From assembly GCA_002104945.1 (NCBI GenBank), contig MCFH01000030.1:248001-312000 (forward strand): a DNA stretch of 64,000 nucleotides. Reading direction: 5' to 3'. This document shows positions 51,374 to 64,000 of the stretch, in pieces; position 1 is the first letter of the stretch; each line of letters starts with the position of its first letter. The translations under genes and the position numbers were made by a program. The notes below the pieces were generated by a model. That model made no database searches. It was given only the letters and a program-made list of their open reading frames with translations, and was not told where the DNA came from. Origin of the DNA: Piromyces finnis finn. Taxonomy: Eukaryota > Fungi > Neocallimastigomycota.

Positions 51374-54300
51374 ATGCAAGCTGAGATAAAAACAAGACTC
51401 ACCCAATCTATGGGTGAATCAAAAAAGCCAATAATTACTTGTAAATTATACATCTTTTTTTTTTTATTTTATATTATTTTTTTAAAAAACAAACAAACAA
51501 ACAAACAAAAAATAATAATTTATTAATTAAAAATTTATAAATAATATTTAATTTTCAAAATTAATAAAATTAATGGTTACCTATTTTTAATTTATATATT
51601 TAATTTCAATAGATAAGGATGATACAAATATTTGGCAACATATTTCAAAAGAATTAACATCACGATTCCCATTAAAAGATATAGAATGTCGTGGAATTGG
51701 AAATCAAAAAATGAACCGTGTTATTAATTCACTTGATATTGAATGGAAACCGTTTACTGAAGAATGGCAAAATAAAAATGTTTATACACAACTACAACAA
51801 GCTCCATTTTTAAATTTATATTTTTTAAATTGTTCTGTAAGTAAACACTATTAAATTTTATAGAGATATATTGATAGAACAAATAAAAATTTTTTAAATA
51901 TGTTTATCATGTTTAATATTTTTATTTTTTAAAGGATTTGGAACAATATAAAAATACACTTAAAGACAAAATTAAGTATTGGTTAAATATTATCGAATCT
52001 AAAAAAAATCAAGAATGGATGATTATTTGTATTTCAGGAGAAAGTAATACAAAATCAATTTTGGGTATAAGAACATCAATTTATGATAAAATAAAAAGTG
52101 ATTTTAATTTGAGTAAAGATAGGTAAAATAACAAATATTAAGCAACAACAAATGTTGAAACTTTGAAAACCATATTCTAATTTAATATATATTATGAATA
52201 TAGACTTATGTTGGTAAAATTATATTCAGAAGTAAAGGAGGGTGATATGTGGACAGCTGTTGTTAATAAAATAAAAGAAAAGCTTTTATCATGTTTCTTT
52301 CAACAGGTTTTAACTTTACAAGAAGATATAAAACGTTTAGATAGTCAACGTCTTCTTCCTGGATGGAATTATTGTTCATTCTTTATTTTAAAGGTAATAA
52401 TATAAATTTACAATATAAAAGAACTATTAATATATATATTTATATTTAATATAAGAGTAATATAATAATACAATTTTTAATTTTTCAACTTTTTCTCAAT
52501 TTCTAATTAAATATAAAATTAAAGGAACAACTTGCATTATTATATGATACGGTTAATCTTTACCAAGACGCATTAGTGCAATATGATGAATTAGAAGCAT
52601 CATTCTATCAAACATTAGTTGGTAATTGATCTAATATTTTTATTTTTCTAAATATATATTAATATAAATTATATACATTGAATTAATATATAATATATGT
52701 TAATAATTCTTTCAAAAAGAACAAGGTGCTGCTTGGTTTAAATCATTTGGAGGAACAGAAGAAGGTGATGATAGCTTAGATTTTTTGAACCTTAAAAGAA
52801 AGCCATTTAGAGAAATGATTATTCAAAATACAACAACAATTTTCGATTTTAGAATGTATCTTTTTGCAAGACAATGTCAATTATTATTTAGGCTTGATAA
52901 ACCAACAGAGCTTTGTCAAAGAGCTAAGCTTTTTATTTCATCATTTTCAATGACATTAACTGATTATAAGGTTAGAAATTAATTGATAATAAATAAAAAA
53001 AAAAAACTAGAAAATATTCTTTATTTTAATATTAAAAAAAAAGATATTTCAATATACGATAACTTTTCAATTAATATATTTATATATATTTATATTTATT
53101 ATTACAAAATACTATAACATCAAATTATATATAAAATAAATTATAATACAAAAATGAATTAAAAAGGGTGTTTTATTCCCATATTTCAGAGAATCTTGGA
53201 TTTACACAACATGTATGAACATAGTTTCCAGATGTGAAGAATTAGCTTCTATTTCATGGCACAATAACCAAACATTAAAAGAATTTGAAGGAGCTAGTGG
53301 TGAATTATTACATTTAGCTAGATCTCAAGTAAAAATTGATATAATGAAAATAATTAATAAATATATTTATCATTAAATTTTAATATTAAAAATTAATTTA
53401 ATAATTAAACAGCTTGATATTCTCGGTCGTGCTTGTAATTATTTACCAGATAACTTAGATAAACCAACGTATGATCCTGAAAACACAGAAAAAACATATA
53501 ATACTGAAATTTTCGATAAAATTACAAATCAACATTTAAAGAATTTATTAAGTAGTGTTGAATCATTTGATGAAATTTACAATGTAATTATATTTTCAAC
53601 TTAAATATTATTAATATAAATATATAATATTTTGGAAATAATTATTAAAAATTGAATAACAAATTATTTGAATTAAAAAATGTAATTAAATAATATTTAG
53701 TTAATTACATCAAGAGCTATTCATTGCTTTGAAGGTTGTTTAAGACAAAGATCTATTTGGTTATTAAAGAGTGATATTGCAAAATTACACTTGTAAGTAT
53801 AAGCAATATAATATATATTTTAATATAAATCAAATAAAGTAACATTTTAATAATGTAATAATATGATAATATATAATATTTATATCCATTAATATAAGCT
53901 ATCGTGGTCGTTTACAAGAAGCATCAGAAGGCTTATTACCTTTATGTAAACTTTATGCCCAAGAATCTTGGCATAGTATTGAAACCAATTTATTACAAAT
54001 GTTAGCTATTTGCCAAAAACAATTAAATCAATCAATTCCATATTTAGAAACATGTATTACATTATTAGCTAATAGGTCTTATATTGATGAAGAAACATTT
54101 GATAAATATACAGAGGAAATGATAGAAACAGTAAATAAAATAGATGAAGGTATTTATTAATTTATTATATTAAGAAATTTATCTATTGATAATTAATATT
54201 TATAATTAATATTTAAAATATCTATTTTTAATAGAATATGAAAAAGAAATCTCTTCTATATTTAAATATGAACTTAAATCACTTGTTCATCAATTAAAAA

Positions 54301-54817
54301 ATGATAGTGGTATCTTATTTGAAGTTTGTATTATTAACCCATTTAAGAAGGTAATTTTAATATTAATTTTTTTTGTTAATATTAATGTATTATTCTTATT
54401 TATTGATTAATGTAATTAACTATAATATTGTTTTTAGGCTATTAAAATAAAGAATTTGAATTTAGAATTAGTTAGTAAAGAAAATAATAAATTAATATTT
54501 GATTGTGAAGAAGCTGATCTTGAACCAGGAAGAAATACTATTCAACTAAAATGTGAGGTAAGGAATAAAAATAACAAATTAAATAACTTGACTTTCTAAT
54601 TATTAAAAATTAAATAATAATTATATTAAAATATAAAATTTTCTAATTTTAAAATTATCTTAGCATCCAATATCAGGAAAATATAGTGCAGTTGCTATTC
54701 AATTCTCAATTAATAGATTCATATTAAAAAGTGCTATTAAAGAAAGAAGTACTAAAATATATACAGTAAAAGAAACATCTTCAACATTACAAATTAAAGC
54801 ATCTTGTGTACAACCAG

Positions 54818-54848
<31 letters not shown>

Positions 54849-57302
54849 GATATTATTTGTGATATGTCTTTAAAACTTTTTATTAATAATAACATTTTAA
54901 TAAATATTATTTGAATAATATATTATATAAAGTTGAATACGAAAAGCCATCAAACAAACTTTTATTATCTATTTACTCTAAGTCTAATTCAATTTCAAAC
55001 GGTACACTTAATATTACATCTATTACTGGTATAACATTAAAATATCCAGAAGAAATTATTTATAAAATTAAAAAAGAAGGTATAGATATAATTAATTTAC
55101 AATATAATATCGTTATTTAATATTATTAAGTCATATAGTAATAATATATCATACTCTTAAAAACTAAAATTAGAATCAGATGAAGATGAAAGAACTGTTA
55201 CAATAGCATATGATAGTAATAATGATTATATATCATTACCAGAATGTGATGAAAATGAAGTGATTAAATTTGAAGTTCCATATGTTTCAGAAAAATTGAA
55301 TATTAGTATTCACAGAGTACGTATATTCTTTTTTATTTTTATATTTTATATTAAAAATTTATCATATTAAAATAAAATATAACTAATAATTATTTGTGTT
55401 ATTCTTTAGATGACATTTGCATTTGATTACATTATGAAAAATGGAGTTCATCGTTTCCACTCATTATTTGAAAAAGTTAAAATTTCAACACCATTTATAT
55501 ATAATAATAATGTTACTTATAGTCATGATTGGTAATAAATTATTATTATTATTATTATAATAAAATATAGAATGTAAGAAATTTGATATTTATATAAAAA
55601 CTTTATAGTACTATATTACAAATAAACTTTTTCTCCAAAGATCAGGTTCCAATTCGTATTCGTAAAATTGAATTAATTGCTCCAGGATATGAAGTTGAAG
55701 AATTTTTAATAGAAAAACAACAGGTATTGATATTTATTGTTATTTATCCTATATATTATCCTATATAATTAATGATAATAAAAAAATAATTAAATATAAA
55801 TATTTTTTTATTTTTTATTTTTTTTTTAATAATATAAGATTATATTCCAAAATCAAGATGTATCATTAGTTTATTGTTTAAGAAACAAAGATAATGGTAA
55901 TTTAAAATATACTTTTATATATAAATGAAATGATTTTTATTTATTTTATGATAACAAAAACAATTTTAATAATTATTTATAAAAATAATTAAACGAAGAT
56001 AATACAAAGATCGAAGAATTTGAAAAAGATGAACTTGGTTTATATATTGATTATTATTATCTTAATGAAGGTTAATACACAATAAATAAAAAATATTAAA
56101 TTAGTGAAAAAGATAATTATAACACAAGAATTAACTTATTTATATATAAAAAATATTTAATTTCAAAAGAAATTGAAGCTTATATTACTGAAAATGTAAC
56201 AGCAAAATTAAAAGAAAAAAATCTTTCAGAATACTCTGGTTTCTTAAATAAATTCTTAAATTCTAGTTATGAATTAGTTGATTCAGTAAAGTATGGTATG
56301 TATGGTAAAATCAGCTTAAATAATCTTGCAGAAAATTATCATAATGTAGAAGCTATTATTGAAAGTGAAGAATCTACTGCTATGAAAGAAAAAATCGATG
56401 AGGTTGTTGATGAAGTATGTAAAGGTGAAATAACTACAGCTGATAATGAAAATAGTCGTATTCCTCTTAAAACAATGATCTATAAAGTTAAAGTTCCAAA
56501 ATCTGATGTAAATATATTATTCTATAACCATTTTATTTACTCTAATAAAAATTATATGTTGCTAATTAATATATATATTAAATTTTTATTTAAATTCAAT
56601 ATACTCATTATAATATACAAGATTTTACTTGAAGCTGATTTAGAAATGAACCAAGGTAATCCAATTATTGGTATGATTTGTAAGGGTAAATTAAAAATTA
56701 AACAAGTTAAATGGAATTCTGATGTTGATGAGTTAAAATTTTACTATGACATTGCTATTCGTTTTGATAATTGGATGGTATCGGGTCATAAAAAACGTGT
56801 CTTTAATTTAAAGGTATAAAAAATGTATAAATTATATAAAATGTTTTCATAAAATAAAAAATAATAATAAATGATATTATTTAAATATTCATAAATTTAA
56901 ATAAAATATATGTATATATAAAATTTTTTAAACATTCTCTAAATGTATGATTACTTAGTCAAATGAAGAAAAAGAATTTACCTTTGATTTTATACCATTA
57001 AAAACGGGTATGTTACTTATTCCAACTGTCGAAGTTAATTGTATAACTACTGATTCACCAACTATTAGAGTTATTCATACTAGTGATGCTAAACAAATTT
57101 CTGTGTAAGTGTTATATTTCATTAAATATATGTTATTATTAAAAAATATGTAACAAACTAATTAATAAATATTAAAATTTATTTTTTTAAAAAATAAAAT
57201 AAAATAAAATAAAATAGCATTCCAAAAACTCAAAGTAGTACTATATATGTCAATAACTCTGTTTTTGATGCTCCTGATAAAAATAGAAGATCATACGCAT
57301 AG
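51374..57302 (+). CDS. TRS130: TRAPPII subunit TRAPPC10/Trs130 (more than 20 exons)
   Basis: SRFPLKDIE, EWMIICI, KIKSDFN, LPGWNYCSFFILKEQLALLYDTVNLYQDALVQYDELEASFY, IFDFRMYLFARQCQLL and C-terminal DNWMVSGHKKRVF...FDFIPLKTGMLLIPTVEV; GT-AG exon chain ending in TAG at 57300-57302. Confidence 0.9.
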
Positions 57303-57370
57303 AAATATGAGAGTATATAATAAATAAATGCAATCCTTAGTATAATAGAATTATAAATTAACTACATATA

Positions 57371-57465
<95 letters not shown>

Positions 57466-57467
57466 AT
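57371..57467. repeat. (TAAA)n microsatellite
   Basis: Perfect tetranucleotide run downstream of TRS130. Confidence 0.95.
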
Positions 57468-58978
57468 ATATAATATTAAGTAAATTAAAGATAAAAAAAT
57501 AGTGAAAATATATATATATAAATTTTTAATATCTAAAAGAATCACTTTAAAATATATATAGAATACAAATGAAATAAAAATTCATGTAAAATACTTATAT
57601 CTGTAATAAATATCCTTTTTTTTTTATATTATAAATAAAAATAGTATTTCTATAATATATGTATTTCTATATTAGAAATAATAGTTTCAAAAATTTAACC
57701 AATAAATAATTCAGATGTATAAATCAGCAATAAATTTTAGTTTTATATTCATAATATATTATTCATTACAAATTATTTAATTAAATAAATATTTTTGGTT
57801 GTAATAACGTTTTAGCTTAAAAAGGAAAGTGACATCTTAATAGTGTGTAACGTTTAAAAAAAAATTCATGATTCATATTATAAAATGAATATTTGTATTG
57901 CCTATTTTTTTTTTAATTTTAAAAAAGAAGATAACTATTTTAAAAATAATACAGTAGAAAAAAATAAATAATAAAATAGCTAAACTAATTAAATGTATTA
58001 TTATATAATATTCATATATTTTAATTCATTATTTTTCATTTATATGTAGTATTAATAATTGAAATTTAAATTTATTAATCAAAAAATAAAATATATATAT
58101 TATTGTTTATATTAAAAATAAAGGGTTAGTAGTTATGTGCTGTAAAAAAATAAAATTATTTTATTTATATATCCATTTAATTATAGTTATAAAATTATTT
58201 ATATAATATAACATTTATTTATTTATTTTAATTTATATTATTAATATATTGTCAATTAATAGTTTATATTATTAGTATATATATTTAGTTTAAACTAATA
58301 AGTTACAATTTATTTTTATCATAAACTTTTTTTCTTTTAAATTTTTTATCTTGTCTTTTTTTTTTTTAAAAAGATTAGTATAGTTTAATATAAAGTTGAA
58401 AGAAAATAAGAAAGAAAGAAATAAAGGCGAAACGAATAAATAGTAATAATATTTTAAGATATTATTATATAATCATAGCTCATAGTTATCGTTTTCATTA
58501 CATATACATAATTTATATTTTATTTTAATTCAATTTATTTTTAATAGAAGAGACTACTATCAATATATAATAAAACAAAAGCATTCAGTATATTTTTTCT
58601 TATTGATTATATAATATTTATGCATTAAAAAACTTTAGATCAACAAATAAAAATATAAATATATGTAAGTATAAAATCAATAGTAAATTTTTGTTGTTTT
58701 ATTAATAATGTATATATTATATAATTTGTTAATATATTAAATATTATTAATTCATTTATTAAAATTTCATTTTTATAATTACTTTTTTTTTTTATTTATT
58801 TATTTCTGTTTTTCATATATTATTAATAATTATATTTTTAAATTAATTTATTTAATTTTTTTTTTTTCATTACTACTCACTGTACTTTATTGAAATAGAC
58901 ATATTTAAGAAGATAGAAATAATAGAACATACTACAAAAAGACAAAATATAAAAGAAAATTTGTCAAATACTTCAAAG

Positions 58979-61900
58979 ATGGATGTTAAAAAAAATAATA
59001 AAAAGGAAATTAAAAAAGATACTTCCATAAATGATATTTCGATGGAAGAATTAACAGATATTACATTAAATACAGAAGAAATTAATGTTAGTTTAGAAAA
59101 TAGTGCAACAAAGCCAAGAACTCGTCGTCAGCGTAATAGTCATCGTTTTACAGTAATAAAAGGAGAAAAGCCAGGTACAGATGAAATTGAGATGCTTCAA
59201 ACTTCAAGTGAGGACGAAGAAGTTGGTGTACTTGATATACCAGAAAAAGATATATCTGAGGATGTTTCGGAAAAAATTGCAATGTTTGAGGAAAAATCAT
59301 TTCTTTCTAATGCTGATGACTATAATCATGAATTTAGTCATACTGAGGTTGGAGATATTTCAGAAATCCTTAATGTCGATATTGTAACCGGCGAAATTAT
59401 TCCACATTCTGAAATATATGAAAAATCATTTATTAGTGAAAATAATTCTTTTTTACATATTAATGAGAATAATGATAAACCTAAGGAACAAAGAGTAATT
59501 AATAGTTCAAAATCAAAATTATTAAAAAATAATAATAATGAAAATAATAATGATATTTCTCAATCAGATTTAAACAAAACTCAAATAAAAGGAGATGAAA
59601 TAGAAAATGAATTAGAAGAAGTTATTATGAAATCAGAGAAAGAATCAGAATTAAAATCAGAATTCCAACCAATAATAAAAAAAAAGCGTCCTTTAGTAAG
59701 TCTTAAACAAGAAGATGATAAAACTGAATCAGAAAAGTTAAAAGAAATACATCAACCTTCATCGAAATTAAGACGTGTTAACCAAAAAGACGTTCATGAA
59801 GTTATTTCTAATAAAAATCAAATCAATGATGAATTTCAACTTTTATCTAAATTAAAAGATAAATTAGATGAACACAATAATTTAGATACTCAATCTAAAA
59901 TTGAAGAGTATTTAATGAGTGGAGAATTCCAATCTATTGATGATCTAAGACGTAAATTTCAACCTGAAGGTGATCTATTAACCTTCCAATACAAAATAAA
60001 GTCCCCAAAAAAGACTCCAGATAAAAGACCTTATAGTTTAAGACATGTTAATAAATTTAAAGATAATAATCAACCAAAAATCAATATATCTCAATATGAA
60101 ATGAAAAATAAGCATCAAGATGGATTCAAATATCAATATAATTTAAAATATGACGAGAAATCGCCATCTAAATTAACTGAAAAATCAAATACTGAAGTTT
60201 CTCAATCTAAAGTTTCAGATAAAACTAATAATCTAGACAAATCAAAAAATGTTAAACAAGAAGAATCTAAATCTCAAAGTACTGAATTGCAATTTTATGA
60301 ATCCGGTACTAAATCTCAACAAATTGAAATTAAAACACCTTATAATTTAAAAATTGGACATTCATCTCAAATAAAATCACCAACTATAGAAACGAATCAA
60401 ACTCCAGATCATTTTGATAATTTAGATAATTCTCAGTCTTCTGTTTTTTCAACTTCAACTAATTTAATCCAATCTCTTGAAAATATTAAAAATGCCTATT
60501 CTCAAGAAGCTCAAAGTCCAACTTCACCACCAAAACCAAAATCACCAATTTTAAAAACTGATCAATTTATTGATAAAATTGATATGGTAATTACTCAAGA
60601 ACATAACAAACCAATAAGTCAATATAAATCAAAATCACCAATTTCAAAGGGTGATTTATCTGTTGATGAAATTAGAATTTCATATTTACAGGAGAAACCA
60701 GTAACATTATCTAAACCAAAGTCACCTATTTTAAAAGGTGACATATCAGTTAATGATATTAAAATGGCATATACACAAGAAAAACCCGTAACACCATCCA
60801 AACCAAAGTCACCTATTTTAAAGGGTGACATATCAGTTAATGATATTAAAATCGCATATACACAAGAAAGACCCGTAACACCATCCAAACCAAAGTCACC
60901 TATTTTAAAAGGTGATATATCAGTTAATGATATTAAAATCGCATATACACAAAAAAGACCCGTAACACCATCCAAACCAAAGTCACCTATTTTAAAAGGT
61001 GACATATCAGTTAATGATATTAAAATGGCATATACACAAGAAAGACCCGTAACACCATCCAAATCAAAATCACCAGTTATTAAATCAAAACAATCTATAA
61101 ATGAAATAAAAAATATTTATAAGACTCAAAGTTCTACAGCAAAGCCAATTTCACATCAATCAATAGAAAAATCTACGCAGCCTATTGATACATTAAAGAA
61201 CATTTATCAAACTGAAAAAATAGTCAACCAAACTTCACCATTGATTAATAAATCACAATTCCAATCACTTCACAATTTGAAACGTAAATATGAGAAAACT
61301 ATAGATGATGAATCGCAACAAGAATCCGAGTCAAAAAAGGTGAAAATTGAATATCATAATACTAAATCACCAAATCAAATTAAATATAAAAATGACGAGG
61401 ATCAATCTAACTATAATTTAAGCAAAAAAAATCATAAATCATTAGAATCAGAATATGAATCCATATTGGAACCAAAAATTATTAAAAATGTATCAATTTC
61501 ACCTTCAAAATTACCAGCAGAGGTGTATTTACCATATTTAAATAATAAAGGAAAACCTGTTGAATTTAGGTTCCAATATAATTATTTAGAAGAAGCACCA
61601 AAGACTTCACCTTCTAAATTATCAAAAGAACACTATTTCCATCATTACCAAAAAGAAAAACTATTAGAAAATACTTATCAATATAGTGACCAAGAGAAAG
61701 AAAAAGCAAAGCAAGATATGAATATTGATAACAGTAATTTAGAATTGGAATATAAATTAGAATCGGAGACTGAACATGAAGTTAAAGCTCCACAATCCAG
61801 ATTTAAAGCTTTTATATTTGGAAGAAAAACCCAAGCTAAGAAGGAATCAAAATCAGGAGGACAAAATAAAGTTGATAAAGAAGATAGGAAATCATCAAAA

Positions 61901-64000
61901 TTTGGTATATTTTCATTCAATTTATTTAAATCTAAAAGCAATAGTAATGACGTTAACAAAACTAATTCTCAAAGTAAAAATATAACTGCATTCAACTTAG
62001 AAACAGAAAATCAGTCTGAAGCGGAATCCGAATATTTGAATGAAATTGTAAGTGAATCCATAAATGAATCCATAAATGAATCTAATAATAATGAATCTAA
62101 AAATGAATCTGAATCTGTAAGTGAACCCATAAGTGAATTTAAAAATGAATCTGAATCTGTAAGTGAACCCATAAATGAATTTAAAAATGAATCTGAATCT
62201 GTAAGTGAACCCATAAATGAATTTAAAAATGAATCTGAGTCTGTAAGTGAATCTATAAGTGAATTCAAAAATGAAACTAATAATAATGAATCTAAAAATG
62301 AATCTGATTCTGTAAGTGAATCTATAAGTGAATTCAAAAATGAATCTGTAAATGAAGTTCAATATCAAGAAAATTCAAAACCGATGTTTACATTTAAATT
62401 AAATAATAATGTTAAATATAAAATACAGTCGGAATTAAGATATACTATAAATAATAAACCTCGTATCAAACATAGGCATTTTTCATTCCAATTAGCAAAT
62501 CAAGTAAATCCTAAATCAATGATAGATGATAAATGTTTATCAGAATTGGAACCAAAAAATGATTCATTTTTTAAATATCAAAATAAATCCAAAATAGATA
62601 TGAAAACAAAATATAAGCCAAAAACTGGTCTTAATGAAATAAATGATAATATTAAGCAATTTAAATTCCAATCTGCTAATGAGAGAAAATATGATTTTCA
62701 ACATAAATTTGATATCAATAATGAAGTTAAAAACCCAGAATTAAAAATTGAATTTGAAGAAAGTAGTAAAATAAAGTTACAAACAGAAATTGATTCTAAA
62801 GAAAACAATCAACAACAAATTAAATCAGAAATTGAACAACAACAAAGTAAATCAGAAACTGAAATTGATTCTGAAAAATATGAGCAACAACAACTACAAC
62901 AAAATAAATCAGAATTTGAAATTGAATCTGGAGAACATGAGCAACAACAAAATAGATTAGAATCAAAAATTGAAACAGATACTGAGAATTATTCTAAAGA
63001 TAATATATTAAATTCTAAATTAGATTCAGAATCTGAATCTGAAACATATGTAAATGAAATTGAACATGGAAATAAAGTTCAATCAAAATTAGAAGATAAC
63101 GAAATTCAATCTCAAATTATAAAAAAAGCATTTAAATTTCAAGAAAAAATTCAGAATAACCAAAATTTTAAACCTGATACTATACGTGGCGGAAAAATTG
63201 AATCCAAATGTAATTCTAGATTTAGCTTCTTTTCGTTTAATTCTTTTAAGTCATCTATTAAATCACAACCAAATTTAGAAAAGGAAAAATATCAATCCCA
63301 AATTAAGTCACAGACTAGACCATTTAATGAAATTACTAAAAAATCACATTCTAAGCGTTTTACATTTCAAGCTGCACCAAAACAAAAGCAACAATCAGAA
63401 TATGAATTAAAACCTCATTTTAAGTTCAATCAATTTAATCGTATGCCTCAGAATAATTATGAAAATAAAAAATTTTCATTTCAATCTGTTGTAAAGCAAC
63501 AAAACAAGCAAGATGACAAACCAGAAGAAAATTTTAATATTGATTCTATACATAATTCAGAAAAAGAATATAAAATTAATACTCACATTAAATTCGACTC
63601 AGATTCTGAAATGGAAATTGAAGTATCAAATAAGGAAAATAATAAAGCAACAGAATTGTTGTCAGAATCTAAATTAAAAATTGATGAAACCCTATCAGAA
63701 CCATCAGTTCAACCTGAACAATTAATTGAATTAGAACCATTAAATGAATCAGAGCCATTAATTCAACTAGAGCAATTAATTGAATCAGAGTCATTAAATG
63801 AATCAGAGCCATCAGTTCAACAAGAATCATTAAATGAATCAGAGTCATTAAATGAATCAGAGCCATCAGTTCAACAAGAATCATTAAATGAATCAGAGTC
63901 ATTAAATGAATCAGAGCCATCAGTTCAACAAGAATCATTAAATGAATCAGAGTCATTAAATGAATCAGAGCCATCAGTTCAACAAGAATCATTAAATGAA
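58979..64000 (+). CDS. Large (>1670 aa) low-complexity, probably disordered S/E/K/N-rich protein with three internal tandem-repeat arrays; runs off window end
   Basis: Not in the ORF track. The same reading frame holds at 58979, 60602, 61982 and 63662, with no stop noticed in the stretches translated. Small upstream exons (~58546-58590) are possible, so the true start is uncertain. Confidence 0.8.
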   Translation, partial: MDVKKNNKKEIKKDTSINDISMEELTDITLNTEEINVSLENSATKPRTRRQRNSHRFTVIKGEKPGTDEIEMLQTSSEDEEVGVLDIPEKDISEDVSEKIAMFEEKSFLSNADDYNHEFSHTEVGDISEILNVDIVTGEIIPHSEIYEKSFISENNSFLHINENNDKPKEQRVINSSKSKLLKNNNNENNNDISQSDLNKTQIKGDEIENELEEVIMKSEKESELKSEFQPIIKKKRPLVSLKQEDDKTESEKLKEIHQPSSKLRRVNQKDVHEVISNKNQINDEFQLLSKLKDKLDEHNNLDTQSKIEEYLMSGEFQSIDDLRRKFQPEGDLLTFQYKIKSPKKTPDKRPYSLRHVNKFKDNNQPKINISQYEMKNKHQDGFKYQYNLKYDEKSPSKLTEKSNTEVSQSKVSDKTNNLDKSKNVKQEESKSQSTELQFYESGTKSQQIEIKTPYNLKIGHSSQIKSPTIETNQTPDHFDNLDNSQSSVFSTSTNLIQSLENIKNAYSQEAQSPTSPPKPKSPILKTDQFIDKIDMVITQEHNKPISQYKSKSPISKGDLSVDEIRISYLQEKPVTLSKPKSPILKGDISVNDIKMAYTQEKPVTPSKPKSPILKGDISVNDIKIAYTQERPVTPSKPKSPILKGDISVNDIKIAYTQKRPVTPSKPKSPILKGDISVNDIKMAYTQERPVTPSKSKSPVIKSKQSINEIKNIYKTQSSTAKPISHQSIEKSTQPIDTLKNIYQTEKIVNQTSPLINKSQFQSLHNLKRKYEKTIDDESQQESESKKVKIEYHNTKSPNQIKYKNDEDQSNYNLSKKNHKSLESEYESILEPKIIKNVSISPSKLPAEVYLPYLNNKGKPVEFRFQYNYLEEAPKTSPSKLSKEHYFHHYQKEKLLENTYQYSDQEKEKAKQDMNIDNSNLELEYKLESETEHEVKAPQSRFKAFIFGRKTQAKKESKSGGQNKVDKEDRKSSKFGIFSFNLFKSKSNSNDVNKTNSQSKNITAFNLETENQSEAESEYLNEIVSESINESINESNNNESKNESESVSEPISEFKNESESVSEPINEFKNESESVSEPINEFKNESESVSESISEFKNETNNNESKNESDSVSESISEFKNESVNEVQYQENSKPMFTFKLNNNVKYKIQSELRYTINNKPRIKHRHFSFQLANQVNPKSMIDDKCLSELEPKNDSFFKYQNKSKIDMKTKYKPKTGLNEINDNIKQFKFQSANERKYDFQHKFDINNEVKNPELKIEFEESSKIKLQTEIDSKENNQQQIKSEIEQQQSKSETEIDSEKYEQQQLQQNKSEFEIESGEHEQQQNRLESKIETDTENYSKDNILNSKLDSESESETYVNEIEHGNKVQSKLEDNEIQSQIIKKAFKFQEKIQNNQNFKPDTIRGGKIESKCNSRFSFFSFNSFKSSIKSQPNLEKEKYQSQIKSQTRPFNEITKKSHSKRFTFQAAPKQKQQSEYELKPHFKFNQFNRMPQNNYENKKFSFQSVVKQQNKQDDKPEENFNIDSIHNSEKEYKINTHIKFDSDSEMEIEVSNKENNKATELLSESKLKIDETLSEPSVQPEQLIELEPLNESEPLIQLEQLIESESLNESEPSVQQESLNESESLNESEPSVQQESLNESESLNESEPSVQQESLNESESLNESEPSVQQESLNE
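60533..61080 (+). repeat. 87-bp (29-aa) coding tandem repeat, 5 units plus a diverged lead unit
   Basis: KPKSPILKGDISVNDIK(M/I)AYTQ(E/K)(K/R)PVTPS; anchor (G/A)TCACC at 60634, 60721, 60808, 60895, 60982 and 61069. Confidence 0.95.
62045..62350 (+). repeat. 42-bp (14-aa) coding tandem repeat ESVSEP(I)(S/N)EFKNES
   Basis: TCTGTAAGTGAA recurs at 62114, 62156 and onward with 42-bp spacing; flanking units are degenerate. Confidence 0.9.
63730..64000 (+). repeat. 54-bp (18-aa) coding tandem repeat PSVQQESLNESESLNESE, continuing off window
   Basis: CCATCAGTTCAACAAG at 63809, 63863, 63917 and 63971; each unit is built from 18-bp subunits. Confidence 0.95.

Noticed and set aside
57351-57545. 64-aa YLFI-repeat ORF
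   Set aside because: Translation of the (TAAA)n microsatellite.
60619-63992. Minus-strand ORFs 60619-61062, 61678-61959, 61997-62368, 62011-62337 and 63669-63992
   Set aside because: Antisense shadows of tandem repeats in the long plus-strand ORF starting at 58979.

Overview
Extremely AT-rich, intron-rich eukaryotic DNA. Composition, gene content and intron style point to an anaerobic gut fungus (Neocallimastigomycota; inference). About 12 protein-coding genes can be assembled: a WD40 protein (WDR87/WDR97-like, 3' end off-window), syntaxin-16/Tlg2, an intronless bacterial-type OYE-family flavoenzyme with the HGDR motif of gut-bacterial bilirubin reductase BilR, a CHY/RING Pirh2-like ligase, an S. 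pombe-type SIN component Cdc14, an Nbp2-like SH3 adaptor, an EHD ATPase, a TACC-domain protein, an orphan 7TM protein, a class C GPCR with a beta-helix/EGF ectodomain, TRAPPC10/Trs130, and a >1670-aa repeat-rich disordered protein that runs off the window and is missing from the ORF track. A 4.6-kb Ty1/copia-type LTR element (35958-40558, minus strand) has apparently identical 217-bp LTRs, a 5-bp TSD, a tRNA-Lys anticodon-arm PBS, a decayed gag and RNase H, and a captured seryl-tRNA synthetase pseudogene. The two strongest leads are the probable horizontally acquired fungal BilR and the non-autonomous, host-gene-carrying retroelement. Family assignments come from motif recognition and remembered reference sequences; no searches were run.
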